Below, in pieces: positions 40,801 to 53,255 of a stretch of DNA of 64,000 bases. The DNA comes from Nymphaea colorata (lineage: Eukaryota): contig NC_045138.2 of the NCBI RefSeq assembly GCF_008831285.2, positions 17,360,001 through 17,424,000 of the forward strand. The letters run 5' to 3'. The first letter of the stretch is position 1. Every line of letters begins with the position of its first letter. The notes under the pieces were generated by a model that saw nothing but the letters and a program-made list of their open reading frames with translations, was not told the origin of the DNA and made no database searches. Both the position numbers and the translations under genes were made by a program.

Positions 40801-41682
40801 GTCATTTTAACTTTCACCTCACTTTCGTCCAAATTTCTCATAATTTTGAATTATTTTGAAAAAGAAATAGTTTGAAAATGGGTATGATTGGTGATTAGGT
40901 TTATAAAAATATATATATTTTTAAAAAAATGAGTTGGTCTTTTCTCCACCCAAAAAGACTAAGATCATCATCTAAAGGAAGGGACAAATGGGTCTTGCAA
41001 ACCAAAAAGACCAAAATCAACTTCTAAAAGGAAGTCCTTTCTCAAAAGGAGGGGCAAATGATTCTTGCCCACCCAATGCATTATTGGGCAAACCGATTAT
41101 GTTTGCTGAATAGAAGTATAAATTTGTATATTAAATAAGTTGACGGCAACGAGTCATATTAAGTTTCATCCAATCACGGCCACCCAATGCATTACTGGGC
41201 AAACACAACGAAAAAAAACTGTCCATAGCATCGGAGACTCAGAATGTATTGGTGTTGTGTTGTGAAAGGCCGAAGGATTTCTTTAACAACAGTGCTCTAA
41301 AATTGATCAGGTGGAGGTTACAGGTTGATACTTATGTGAATGGTTTCACTGGAAAACTGTATGGGAATAGTTAAGTTCACTTTAATTTCAAAATTCACCA
41401 AAAATACAAGATAGTTGACCAAATATTAGTGTTATAATATAATTAGAGCGGCAGCGGAGGCAACTGTGTTGTGATGTACACTGTTGCCCACACGATCCTT
41501 TGAGAAGGCACTACAGTAAAACCATGTGGACTCTTAAAATGCTTTTTGTTTGTAAAGTACTAAAAATAACATATTACATCCTCGAGAACAATGTAAGCAT
41601 TTTACTATTTATGACTTAAACAAAAAATATTTTATTTAAAAAGTTTTTTGGTTTGAGATGAAAAAGTCTAGCAAGGAGGGGT

Positions 41683-42421
41683 AGCTTCATCCTCTTACCT
41701 TTTGGCACCCCAGAAAATCGTCACCTCCCCATCAAAGCCACGTCCCCCCTCTCCGACCACGATGACTCCCATAATCATCAGCTCCCCTCACTAGCAATCG
41801 GATTTACAAACATAATCGGTTACTCCGTCATATCTGGCCTGGTGATGGGGATGGAGCCCTTTTGCAGCCTGGGCTACGACACGCAGCAATGGAAGCTTCT
41901 GTATAGCTCTGCGGGTGGGGTGGGCTGCTCCGGCTGGCCATGCCGACTTGAGTCTGCTTGGAGTGGTGGTGGTATGAAATCATGGTGGTGCTCTGCGAGC
42001 TGCTGGTGGTCCCAAAGGAGGCGATGGTGTCTGTGGTTTTTCTCTGGTGCGGCCAGAACGAAAACAGCCTCACCACCGTCGCCTCCATTGGGTTCGCCAG
42101 CAGCCCGCAGAGCACCACCATGATTTTGTACCACCAAAACTCCAAGCACACTGACACGCAAGTCAGCACGGCCATCGGAGCAGACCACCTCATGGAGCAG
42201 TCTAGATGCCTCCATTGCTGCCTGCCGTAGGCCTTGCCGCAGATGGCTCCATCCCCATCACGAGGCCAGATATGACGGAGTAACCCGTTATGTTTGCAAA
42301 TCCGATTGCAAGCGAGGGGAGCTGACGATTATGGGAGTAATCGTCGGAGAGGGAGGACGTGGCTGCTTTGATGGGGAGATGACGATTTTGGTTTGGGAAG
42401 AAAAGGTAAGAGGAGGAAGCT
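41683..42421 (+). ncRNA. Hairpin D: MATE-derived inverted repeat (~345-bp arms)
   Basis: AGCTTCATCCTCTTACC (41683) pairs with GGTAAGAGGAGGAAGCT (to 42421). MATE remnant ORFs lie on both strands (41958+ EWWWYEIMVV; 42202-42447- MCKP...[24 protein letters not shown]). Confidence 0.78.
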
Positions 42422-43229
42422 GGAGAAGGAGATGGTGGCTTGCACACTTTCTTTTCTTCCTCTGCTACGTAAAACTAGTCAACAGCTTGCATCAAAGAAT
42501 GTGAATGTGAAGAGAGAAGAAAAGAATGCAAGGAAAGAGGAGCTGAATTTGAAATGCTCTTAAAGGGGAAGGGAGAAGGAGCATATTCATAGTGGCTCCT
42601 CCTCCTCCTTACCTTACCTTACCTTACTAAGAAAGTCAGAACCGCTTAATCCTTTTCCCCTAATCAATTCACACCCTCATCCCAATCCCCATTATCATAT
42701 CCATAAGGAGCCCACTTTGCAAAACCTGCACCGACAAGTAACAAGTAACAGGCATTTACTAAAAGCAAACCCAAAAATCGTGTGCTGTTTTTCTTCACAG
42801 CAAAAACTCAAATTAGTCAGCCGCCGTTCATGCCTACCACCCCTGCTCCATCCTCCATACTCATCGCCTCAAGAAAGAAAAAAGCTTTTTCTACTTGTTT
42901 GAATGAAAACAAAAAAAAAAAAAACAAATCCAATCTTTCTTTTCTTCCTCCAGTTTGTTCGTCACCACATAACGTCAAAGAATCACAAGCTACATGTTTT
43001 TGCGCAAGATGATGATGATAAAGGATATCTCAATAAGCATCAATCTGCAGGGGCAGTCTGATAGGCTCGAAAAGTCCAAGTAAAACATCTTTTTGTGTAC
43101 ACAAAAAAACATTTTGAGGACAAAAAGTTAGAAGCCTTCAGCTCTCTAGTCTTTTCTTTTTTGAATTTTACCGGTTTTTAACAAGCCAAACCGGTGACGT
43201 TTTTCCAAGAAAAAAAGTCTCGCCTTCAA

Positions 43230-43331
<102 letters not shown>

Positions 43332-43516
43332 TGTAACACCCCAAAAGTTTAGTTCCGTATCGAAGATTGTGAGGGATCTTCGAGGACTTATAAAGAGAGG
43401 ATCTAATGAGATGATTGTTGAGGTTCCTAGCCTTTTTAGGTTTGGAGCCGAAACTGCTAGGGGGCGGGTTGGGATCCGCCAGACCAGGGGTCCGAGTCCG
43501 GGAGTGAGTCGGGTTG

Positions 43517-43521
<5 letters not shown>
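43332..43521. mobile_element. ~190-bp element (mini solo-LTR/TRIM-like or TA-targeting MITE) inserted in a (TA)n microsatellite
   Basis: Begins TGTAACACCCC and ends GGGTTGTTATA (inverted termini), with (TA)n on both sides. Absent from the paralogous sites at ~38500 and ~52830. Confidence 0.75.
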
Positions 43522-43588
<67 letters not shown>

Positions 43589-44056
43589 TTTTAATGCCGG
43601 AGAAGCACCAACACAAGATATCGAATACAATCCCCTCAAAAGAGAAACCCTCACCAGAAAGCAAGCAACCCAATATATTTCATCTGTTTTATTCCCTAAA
43701 GCACTAATCCTGTGGACTGGAAACAGTGACCCCGAAATGATCATATTTTGAAAAATTTGGTTTTTGTTGATTGAATAAGATTTTTCTCAGTGACCTTTTC
43801 GTTTCATTTTCTTCCTTTCTGGGGAGCATCACTCCGCAATGAAATACTAGAAGGGTTGGAAGCAGGAACCTTTCAAAATTGTTGTTGCTTCTGAACTAAT
43901 TTTATGAACATGGTTAATTATATAACTGGATGGAATTTAGCAGATTATTCTTCTTGTGGTTCTAAATCGTTTATGGTGGTGTAATTTCCAGAAACCATTT
44001 GCAGGAAACTCTTGAAAAGGTCCCCATTTCTTGTCACTGTCCTAAGAGGCTTATAA

Positions 44057-44095
<39 letters not shown>

Positions 44096-46145
44096 AGGGA
44101 TATGTTGGGTTCTTCCATTTGGGACATTAAAAATAAAAAATAGAAGCCATGAAAGCGTAAGTACTTTATGAAAAAGATAATAAAAAATAACGATAAACTA
44201 AAAACTGAGAAGAAAATCGAAAACATATTTGAGAAACAATTTTCATCCCGCTGAAAAAGCTCATTACAGCATCTCTCACTAAAAATTTCCTAAGAGAGTA
44301 TGTCATTGAATCGAATAAAGGACCAAACCTTCACTTCTCCGACCTCAATCCTCTTAGCGTTCAGGACGACATACTTTTGTTGTATAGGTTAACACCACCA
44401 CACTACTTCAACTTTCATATCGAAACCTCATTATTTTTTGCAGTACAAAAAGTTGATGCTACAAAAGTTTGAAACCGGGGCTGACTGCTTACTGGCCCCC
44501 TCCCTCGAGAATAATATATAAGAATTAAATGGATTCACTAAGTGAGAGATGAACTAATTACTTGAAATAATCTTTAGGCTGATAAGGAAGGAGAGGATTC
44601 TCCAATCTTCCTCATCATTTTCCTCCCTATATACATTTTATTTTTTTCAATTGTTTAATTATTATGGTCAACATTCCATGAAAAGTGCCGCCCACTTGGC
44701 TTCACATTAGTGAGGGCAAAATTTTAGAATCTTCCTTACCATTTTTCTCTATATGTAATTATATTCTTTTTCTTTATTTAATTTTTATTATAAATACTTG
44801 ATGAAATACTTTTTTTTAGCAATGTCTTCAAATTTTGAATCTGAAAGCTAAATGATTCTATGAACCGGTGAATCGAATCCGAATCGTTTGTGAATAAGAA
44901 TTAATTAAAGATTTATTTAGATATAAAAATTAAACAATTGAAAAATCAGTCGGGAAAAGAAGAAAAATTTTTAAAAACTAAAAAAAAGAACACAATGAAC
45001 TCATTTAATGCTAGCAACATTTTTTTTAGTAGCAATCAAAACGCAACGAAATAAATTAAAACTTATTGTATGCTCTATTTTAATAGAAAAAAAGGTTCAA
45101 GGGCTATTTGTAGAACTTTTGGTTGTCCTTCTATCCAGGTGGAGCAGCGGATCCATACGAAAATCACCAGATTTTTCATGGGCATTGAGTTGGCCTTCAG
45201 CGAACTGGTAAAGAGCCAATTTGATTCGAATTGGCCGATTCACCGATTTTAATAACACTGGATTTTACAATTAGGACCAAATTTTGATTCAATCTTCTTC
45301 ATCGTTTTTCTCCATATATATTTTTATTTCTCCAATTATTAATTTATATGGTAAAGACTAGTGAAAAGTATTGCCCACTTGTTTTCACATGATTGGGTAT
45401 GAAGTGAACTAATAAACTCTTGTTCATATAACTAAAACAAAATAAAAAATTGAATCAAATGGACCGATTCTAAAAAAATAATAATAATAAGAAAAAGGGA
45501 AACATATAAAAGCTTATTAAAAGTTAAAAAACAAAAAAAAAATTAAAATGTGAACAAAAAAATGATGTGTGTCACTTGGGGTAAGCCGGGCATTGAAATA
45601 GATTTTGGTAGAGATATAGGCAAAGATGAAACCTAAGGCATTGACTCTCAGCTTTGGGACCATTAACGGAGCTTAACGACTCGTTTGCATGAGGAACATT
45701 GTGCGAGTGTTTTATGAATCTTACTCAATTATTGAGTTAAATTTATGAACCACTTGAATAATTTTTTCATGAATCTTCTCCAATATTTAAGGTAGATTCG
45801 TAAAACAACCTCATGCCAGATAGTTCAAAAGTACCTTTCTGCATCTTATTATTGACAGGGAACCTGTCCCTACTGTTCTTTCGTTACATAGAAATATATA
45901 TATACCATGTGCCCTATATAATTTACTTTTTATGTATTTTTATTTTTCTAACTTTTTATAGACTTTTAAGTGTTTTTTTATTGAATTACTTCAAATTGAT
46001 CCATTTGATTGATCAATTTTTTATTTTTCGTTAATTCACCACTAGAGTCTACGTCACTTATTCCAAATCATGTGAAAGCAAGTGAGCAGTACCTTTCATA
46101 TTGTGTTCTTCATAGAAATTAATTAAAATAAAAAGTGGAATTATA

Positions 46146-47377
46146 TTTTTTGCATTTGAAAATTTTTGGTTGGTTTTGGAGTGCTCTAGAAAAATGAGTT
46201 TTTATTTTGAAATAGGAAAGAAAGGGACTCGCCCATCGGTACGGGGGTCGACCGTTTCTGGTGCCTTTACCAGAGGTAATCAACCCAATGACAATGTTTG
46301 TTATTGATGCATTTCGTTTTAACTTGAAGATATCTTTGATTGTATATGCATTGTAGAAAAATATTGAAAGTTTGATGTTTCGAATTTTTGAAAATGTTCT
46401 TGAAGAGTTGCTTAAGAATATGAAATGTTTTGAGAAAATTAGAAGGAAATCCTTATGAATATCATTGGAAAGCTTGAAAAGTCATTTTGGAATCATTTTA
46501 GTGTTCTCTTAAAACATTAAGTAGGTTTGAGATTTTGCTTTAATTCGGTTACCACCTACTTAGAGTTTCGTATCATCTTGCTTAAGTTCTGTTAGAGAGG
46601 TGCTTGTGATCATACGTGATATGAAGTGAGTGAAAATGAATGGATGCATTGATCCTATATGATTGAAAGGAAAAATCATTCATCTAGATGCATTCCTACC
46701 ACAACATACATATAACATTTTTGGTTTCGTAAATATTATATATATGAAGGAAAAGTTTTTGAAAATGAATTGAGGTTGTAAACCATCAAGCATGAATCCA
46801 ATATTGGGTGATTACTTGGTTTGTGGTCTTGATGAAGTCGGCAAATGAAAAATTAAAATCTTAAATGGTAAGATATTGAGAGAATGGAAAAGATGAAGGA
46901 CTACATCCCAAGAGGGATATAGAGAAAAAAAAGATCTTGAAAATCATAAAATCACATATTTTGAAAAAGAAAGATATGTATTTGTATACATATATGATAG
47001 AGCTGGGTGTCAGGCCGGGCCAGCCCAGCCCGGTATGAGCCGGGTTTGGGTTGAGAAAATCCCGGCCAGGGCCGGGCCCCGGCACGACAGCCAGGCCCGG
47101 CTCGGCCCGGCCCGGCCAGTTTAAAATATATATATATATTTTAATTTTTAAATAATATTTTTTATTCTTAATAAATACATTTTATATTAAAAAATATTAT
47201 TTTAAAATTAAAAAATATTTTATTAATTTAAATCGATCGGGCCGGCCCGGCCCAGCCCGATACCCACCCTTCATATATGAAAGCTTATGAAAATGATGTT
47301 TATATCAAGTGGAGAAGAGAAAATCATTTTAGAAAGAGAAAGAGAAATTTTAAAATGTAATACAAGTATATATATAT

Positions 47378-47434
<57 letters not shown>

Positions 47435-48801
47435 CACGAGAGTTCACATATCTTACCGTGCATTCACATATAAATGAAAAATCAAATAACTATACATGGA
47501 TAATATAAAAAACCATACTCTCATGTTCCCGGTGCACTCGAGCATAGCCTCTTGACTCTAGAGAGTGAGAGCTATCTCATATGGCCGTGGAAAAGTGAGG
47601 AAGAAAGAAAACGAGAGATGCAAAATATAAATGGAAAATCAAGAACCTACACATAGATAATATATAAGCAATATTCAAGAAAAGAAATAAAACAAGATTC
47701 ATAAATGAAATGAAATATTATCTCATTTTTTCATGTTCCCGACACACTTGAGCATAGCCTCTTGGCTCTAAAACAGAGTTGAGAGTTATCTCTTATGAGT
47801 AAATGAAAAAGACAGGAAAATAGGAAGAAGCAAAAGAACAACAAGAATGTAGTCAAGAAATGAGATAACATAACTCAAAAATGAAAATGAAAGATCATCT
47901 CATCTTTTCATACTCCCGGTGCACTTGAGCATAAGCTCTTGGTTCTAAAATAGAGTTGAGAGCTACCTTTTTGGCCATGGGAAGAGGAAGAAGAGAGAAA
48001 TGAAAATATGAGAGAAATGAGAGGGATGATGATTACATACCTCTCATTGAGAAAATGAATTAGGAAAAATGAACAATCATGGTTGAAATAAACATGAACT
48101 CATCTTGAATGAAGCTCCAATATGATGAAGATGATTCCTCCAAGGGTTCTTTGGTGCTTTCTTGAAGAATTGTAGCTAGCTCCAAGTTGAAGAGAAATGA
48201 AAAAAGGAGGAGAGAGAGAGAGTTCAAGAGAAACCCTAAGTCTTCAAGTGAGAATACTCTAAGATTTTTCCCAAGGGCCAATCTTACCCAAGAGGGGTGA
48301 AGTGTGGGGTATTTATAAAGGATTTTGGAGCGAAAAACAAAATTTTGAATTTTTTTTTTTAAATTTCACCTCATTTTCGTCCAAATTTCTCATAATTTTG
48401 AATTATTTTTAAAAAGAAATAGTTTGAAAATGGGTATGATTGGTGATTAGGTTTATAAAAATATATATATTTTTTAAAAAATGAGTTGGTCTTTTATCCA
48501 CCCAAAAAGACTAAGATCATCCTTTAAAAGAAGGGGCAAATGGGTCTTGCAAACCAAAAAGACCAAAATCAACTTTTAAAAGGAAGTCCTTTCCCAAAAA
48601 GAGGGGCAAATGATTCTTGCCCACCAAAAAGACTAAAATCGCCCTTCAAAATGAGGTTTTTTTGTCAAAAAAAGGGCAAATGAGTCTGAAATGCTTGATG
48701 TGGATTTGAATTGGGGTTTTGGATCTAATTTCGATCTGAAAATGGCATTTTCTGTTTTGATAAAAGTGCATAGTCTTTTGAAAAAATTTGGGATGAGTAC
48801 A
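46146..48801 (-). mobile_element. ~2.65-kb insertion, probably a truncated Ty3/gypsy-type LTR
   Basis: The paralogous module is contiguous at ~56330 (GTGGAATAATATATAGGAGG). The minus strand begins TGTACTCATCCCAAATTTT (LTR-like TG start). Three internal ~200-bp subrepeats at ~47520, 47730, 47905. No coding domain seen. Confidence 0.6.
46998..47272. mobile_element. hAT-family MITE nested in the LTR fragment
   Basis: 8-bp direct repeat ATATATGA at 46990-46997 and 47273-47280. Termini TAGAGCTGGG / CCCACCCTTC, subterminal GGCCCGGCCC motifs and an AT-rich core. Confidence 0.75.
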
Positions 48802-50021
48802 TATATATAAGAGGAAGACGGCCAGGAAGATTGAAAAAATCATTTCTCCATCAATGTACGTCAAAACCAGTGACCGATACTATGTAAGGAGTATTTATAA
48901 TAGAAATGAAACGACGAAAAAAATAAATTATATACAAAGGAAAATTATAGGGAAGACTGGAAAGTCGGTCGATGTTAAAGCAAGTGGGTGGTACAATCTT
49001 CGTGGAGTCTTCACCATAATAATTAAGTAAATAATATATATATTTAAATGGGTGTGAATAACTTATGCCCCCTAACCCTCAAAAAAAAAAACTTTGGTTT
49101 TTTTTCACAGTCGTTGCCTAAACACTTCAACCAAGTCTGAAATTGTCGTTAAAATACTTTGGTTTGTGAAATTAAACCTAGTTCTCCAAACAGTACTACC
49201 TAAATGCTTAAATACTCCGAGGGAAAAAAAGTGCAAAATGGATTGAAAATGAAGAATTATGCCATATCACATACAAGTGAAGAGACGTCATAATACTGAA
49301 TACCAACCCGATGTTGGTCTGCAAGCTTTTCGCGAAAGATATCCATTTTCATGACCAAAAACTCAAAAAATGGATCTTTATAACTTGTTTGAACCAGAGC
49401 CAGATATATATTTTTTATAAAGTTCATTTCGTTCACATTGGTAGAGGGCTAAACTGATCTGGACCCATTTGTGCAAAATCTGCATCTCTATTGGATTTAA
49501 CGTTTGGATCAAAAACCAAATAAGAGCACCATTCACCTAATTAGTTCAACTTCAAGGGAGGTCAAGAGTTCAAAACTCATGCCGGGTGCAGAATAGGGCC
49601 TATCTAAGCTCAGCAATCCTATTCTTTTTTACTTGACCAAGAGGAAGAGAGGACAAGAGAAAGAACGAAACCACATTTAACTAGAAGAGGTCCTCATGAA
49701 TCGCATATATAAGAAGAAAAAAGTTACATTCTCATTCAGTTCTCATCTATTATTTCTAATTCGATTTACAAATTGGTATATGATTTGCAGGCAATTAACA
49801 TGCCCATCTTTCGCCGTTGTTTTTTGCTTCCATTAACATATAGAAATGTCGATGTGGACCAAAATTTGAATCTATACTTTACCATATCTCTGCTTTTTCA
49901 GATCTGTATGTCATGTTTTCAATTCATGTTCCTTGCAGTCAAAGTAGAAATGAACATATCATTATCTTTAAATGATGTTTTCATTTGTCATATCTTACTC
50001 TCCATCCCCTAGTTTGTATGG

Positions 50022-50636
50022 TTTTCTTTCGAGACGGCACGTTGAAAGGAATGGGTGTTTGAGTGGCTGGTGATGCATTAGCAAAGGGAGAGTGGGCTAA
50101 GTAGGTTTGGTTTTTTTCCTCCCTCTTTTTTGTTTGTTGAAGTGTTTGTTTATTTGACTGAGCCAGGCTGGGAAGCGATTTAATGGGAAGATCTTTTTAT
50201 TAGAATCTCCCGTCTCTAGTCCTTACTCTTAAATTTTATGTATTTTTGTAAAATGAAGCATAGGAAGAAATGTTTTTTTTATATAAATGCATAAAATTTA
50301 AGTCGGAAGAGGGGGGAGAGGGATTTGAAAAAGAATATCTTTCCACCAAAGTGCTACACAGCCTGGCACAGTCAAATAAAGAAAAAAAAAGAGTGAGAAG
50401 AACAAAAAAACATCTACATGTGCCTCCATTTACCTCTCTTGGTGCTCACATAAAAAGACGTGTCCACTCATGTAAACACTTAAGGTGGGTTCCAGTACCC
50501 TGTACCGGTTCCTTTCTATCCTACCGCTGGCTATCGGTTGGCCCCCAACAACAATTTAACAGACTCGTCCCATTGCTAATGCATCATTAACCACACAAAC
50601 ACCCCTTCCTTCCACTGTGTCGTCTCGAAAGAAAAT
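50022..50636. mobile_element. ~615-bp foldback (long-TIR, Mutator-like MITE); second, right-truncated copy at ~57593-58143
   Basis: TTTTCTTTCGAGACGGCAC pairs with GTGTCGTCTCGAAAGAAAA; TGATGCATTAGCAA pairs with TTGCTAATGCATCA; TATTTGACTGAGCCAGGCTG pairs with CAGCCTGGCACAGTCAAATA. No TSD identified. Confidence 0.6.
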
Positions 50637-51251
50637 TAGGCGAGCGGGTGCGAAAGGTTGGAATGAACAAAACTGCTGAATAAAAGTATATATATGTATA
50701 TTAAATAAGTTGAAGGCAACGAGTCATTTTAAGTTTCATCCAATCACAGCCACCCAATGCATTATTGGGCAAACACAACGAAAAAAACTGTCCATAGCAT
50801 CGGAGATTCGGAATGCATTGGTGTTGTGTTGTGAAACGCCGAAGGATTTCTTTATCAAGAGTGCTCTACAATTGATCAGGTGGAGGTTACAGTTTAATAC
50901 TTATGTGAATGGTTTCACTGGAAAACTGTATGGGAATGGTTAAGTTCACTTTAATTTCAAAATTCACCAAAAGTACAAGATACTTGACCAAATATTAGTG
51001 TTATAATATAATTAGAGCAGCAGCGGACGCAAATGTGTTGTGATGTAGGCTGATGCCCACACGAGCCTTTGAGAAGGCACTACAGTAAAACCATGTGGAC
51101 TCTTAAAATGCTTTTTGTTTGTAAAGTACTAAAAATAGCATATTACATCCTCCAGTACAATGTAAGCATTTTACTATTTATGACTTAAACAAAAAATATT
51201 TTATTTAAAAAATTTTTTGGTTTGAGATGAAAAGGTCTAGCAAGGATGGGT

Positions 51252-51991
51252 AGCTTCATCCTCTTACCTATTCGCACCCGAGAAAATCGTCAGCTCCCCA
51301 TCAAAGCCACGTCCCCCCTCTCCGACCACGATGACTCCCATAATCATCATTTCCCATCGCTAGCAATCGGATTTGCAAACATAATCGGTTACTCCGTCAT
51401 ATCTGGCCTGGTGATGGGGATGGAGCCCTTCGGAAGCCAGGGCTACGGCACGCAGCAATGGAAGCATCTGTACTGCTCCGTGGGTGGGGTGGGCTGCTCC
51501 GACTGGCCGTGCCGACTTGAGTCTGCTTGGAGTGGTGGTGGTATGAAATCATGGTGGTGCTCTGCGAGCTGCTGGCGGACCCAAAGGAGGCGATGGTATC
51601 TGTGTTTTTATTATGGTGAGGCCAGGACAAAAATACTCTCGCCACGATAGTCTCCTTTGGGTTCACCAGCAGCCCGTAGAGCACCACCATGATTTCGTAC
51701 CACCAACAATCCAAGCACAGTGACACGCAAGTCAGCATGGCCATCAGAGCAGACCACCCCACGGAGCAGTCTAGAAGCTTCCACTGCTGCTTGCGGTAGG
51801 CCTGGCCGCAAAAGGGCTCCATCTCCAGCCCGAGGCCAGATATGATGGAGTAACCGGTTATGTTTGCAAATCCGATTGCTAGCGAGGGGAGCTGACGATC
51901 ATGGGAGTCATCGTCGGAGAGGGAGGACGTGGCTGCTTTGATGGGGAGCTGACGATTTTGGTTTGGGAAGAAAAGGTAAGAGGAGGAAGCT
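51252..51991 (+). ncRNA. Hairpin E: MATE-derived inverted repeat (~345-bp arms)
   Basis: Same architecture as D; arms ~51252-51600 and ~51642-51991. Confidence 0.78.
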
Positions 51992-52807
51992 GGAGAAGGA
52001 GATGGTGGCTTGCACTCTTTCTTTTCTTCTTCTGCTAGGTAAAACTAGTCAACAGCTTGCATCAAAAAATGTGAATGTGAAGAGAGAAGAAAAGAATGCC
52101 AGGAAAGAGGAGCTGAATATGAAATGCTCTTAAAGGGGAAGGGAGAAGGAGCATATTCATAGTGGCTCCTCCTCCTCCTTACCTTACCTTACCTTACTAA
52201 GAAAGTCAGAACCGCTTAATCCTTTTCCCCTAATCAATTCACACCCTCATCCCAATCCCCATTATCATATCCATAAGGAGCCCACTTTGCAAAACCTGCA
52301 CCGACAAGTAACAAGTAACAGGCATTTACTAAAAGCAAACCCAAAAATCGTGTGCTGTTTTTCTTCACGGCAAAAACTCAAATTAATCAGCCGCCGTTCA
52401 TGCCTACCACCCCTGCTCCATCCTCCATACTCATCGCCTCAAGAAAGAAAAAAAGCTTTTTCCACTTGTTTGAATGAAAACAAAAAAAAAATCAAATCCA
52501 ATCTTTCTTTTCTTCCTCCAGTTTGTTGGTCACCACCACATAACGAATCACATGCTACATGTTTTTGCCCAAGATGATGATGATAAAGGATATCTCAATA
52601 AGCATCAATCTGCAGGGGCAGTCTGATAGGCTCAACAAGTCCAAGTAAAACATCTTTTTGTGTACACAGAAAAACATTTTGAGGGCAAAAAGTTAGAAGC
52701 CTTCAGCTCTCTAGTCTTTTCTTTTTTGAATTTTACCCGTTTTTAACAAGCCAAACTGGTGACGTTTTTCCAAGAAAAAAAAGTCCCGCCTTCAATCTCT
52801 CTTTCTT

Positions 52808-52862
<55 letters not shown>

Positions 52863-53255
52863 CCGGAGAAGCACCAACACAAGATATTGGTGAAAGCAAG
52901 CAACCCAATATATTTCATCTGTTTTATTTCCTTAAGCACTACTCCTCTGGACTGGAAACACTGACCCCGGAAGTGATCATATTTTGAAAATTTTGGTTTT
53001 TGTTGATTGGTTAAGATTTTTCTCAGTGACCTTTTCTTTTCATTTTCTTCCTTCCTCAGGAGCATCAATCCACAATGAAATACTGGAAGGGTTGGAAGTG
53101 GAAACCTTTCAAAATTGATGTTGCTTCTGAACTAATTTTATTAACATGGTTAATAATCAAACTGGATGGAATTTAGCAGATTATTCTTCTTGTGGTTCTA
53201 AATCGTTTGTGGTGGTGTAATTTCCAGAAACCATTTGTAGGAAACTGTTGAAGCA

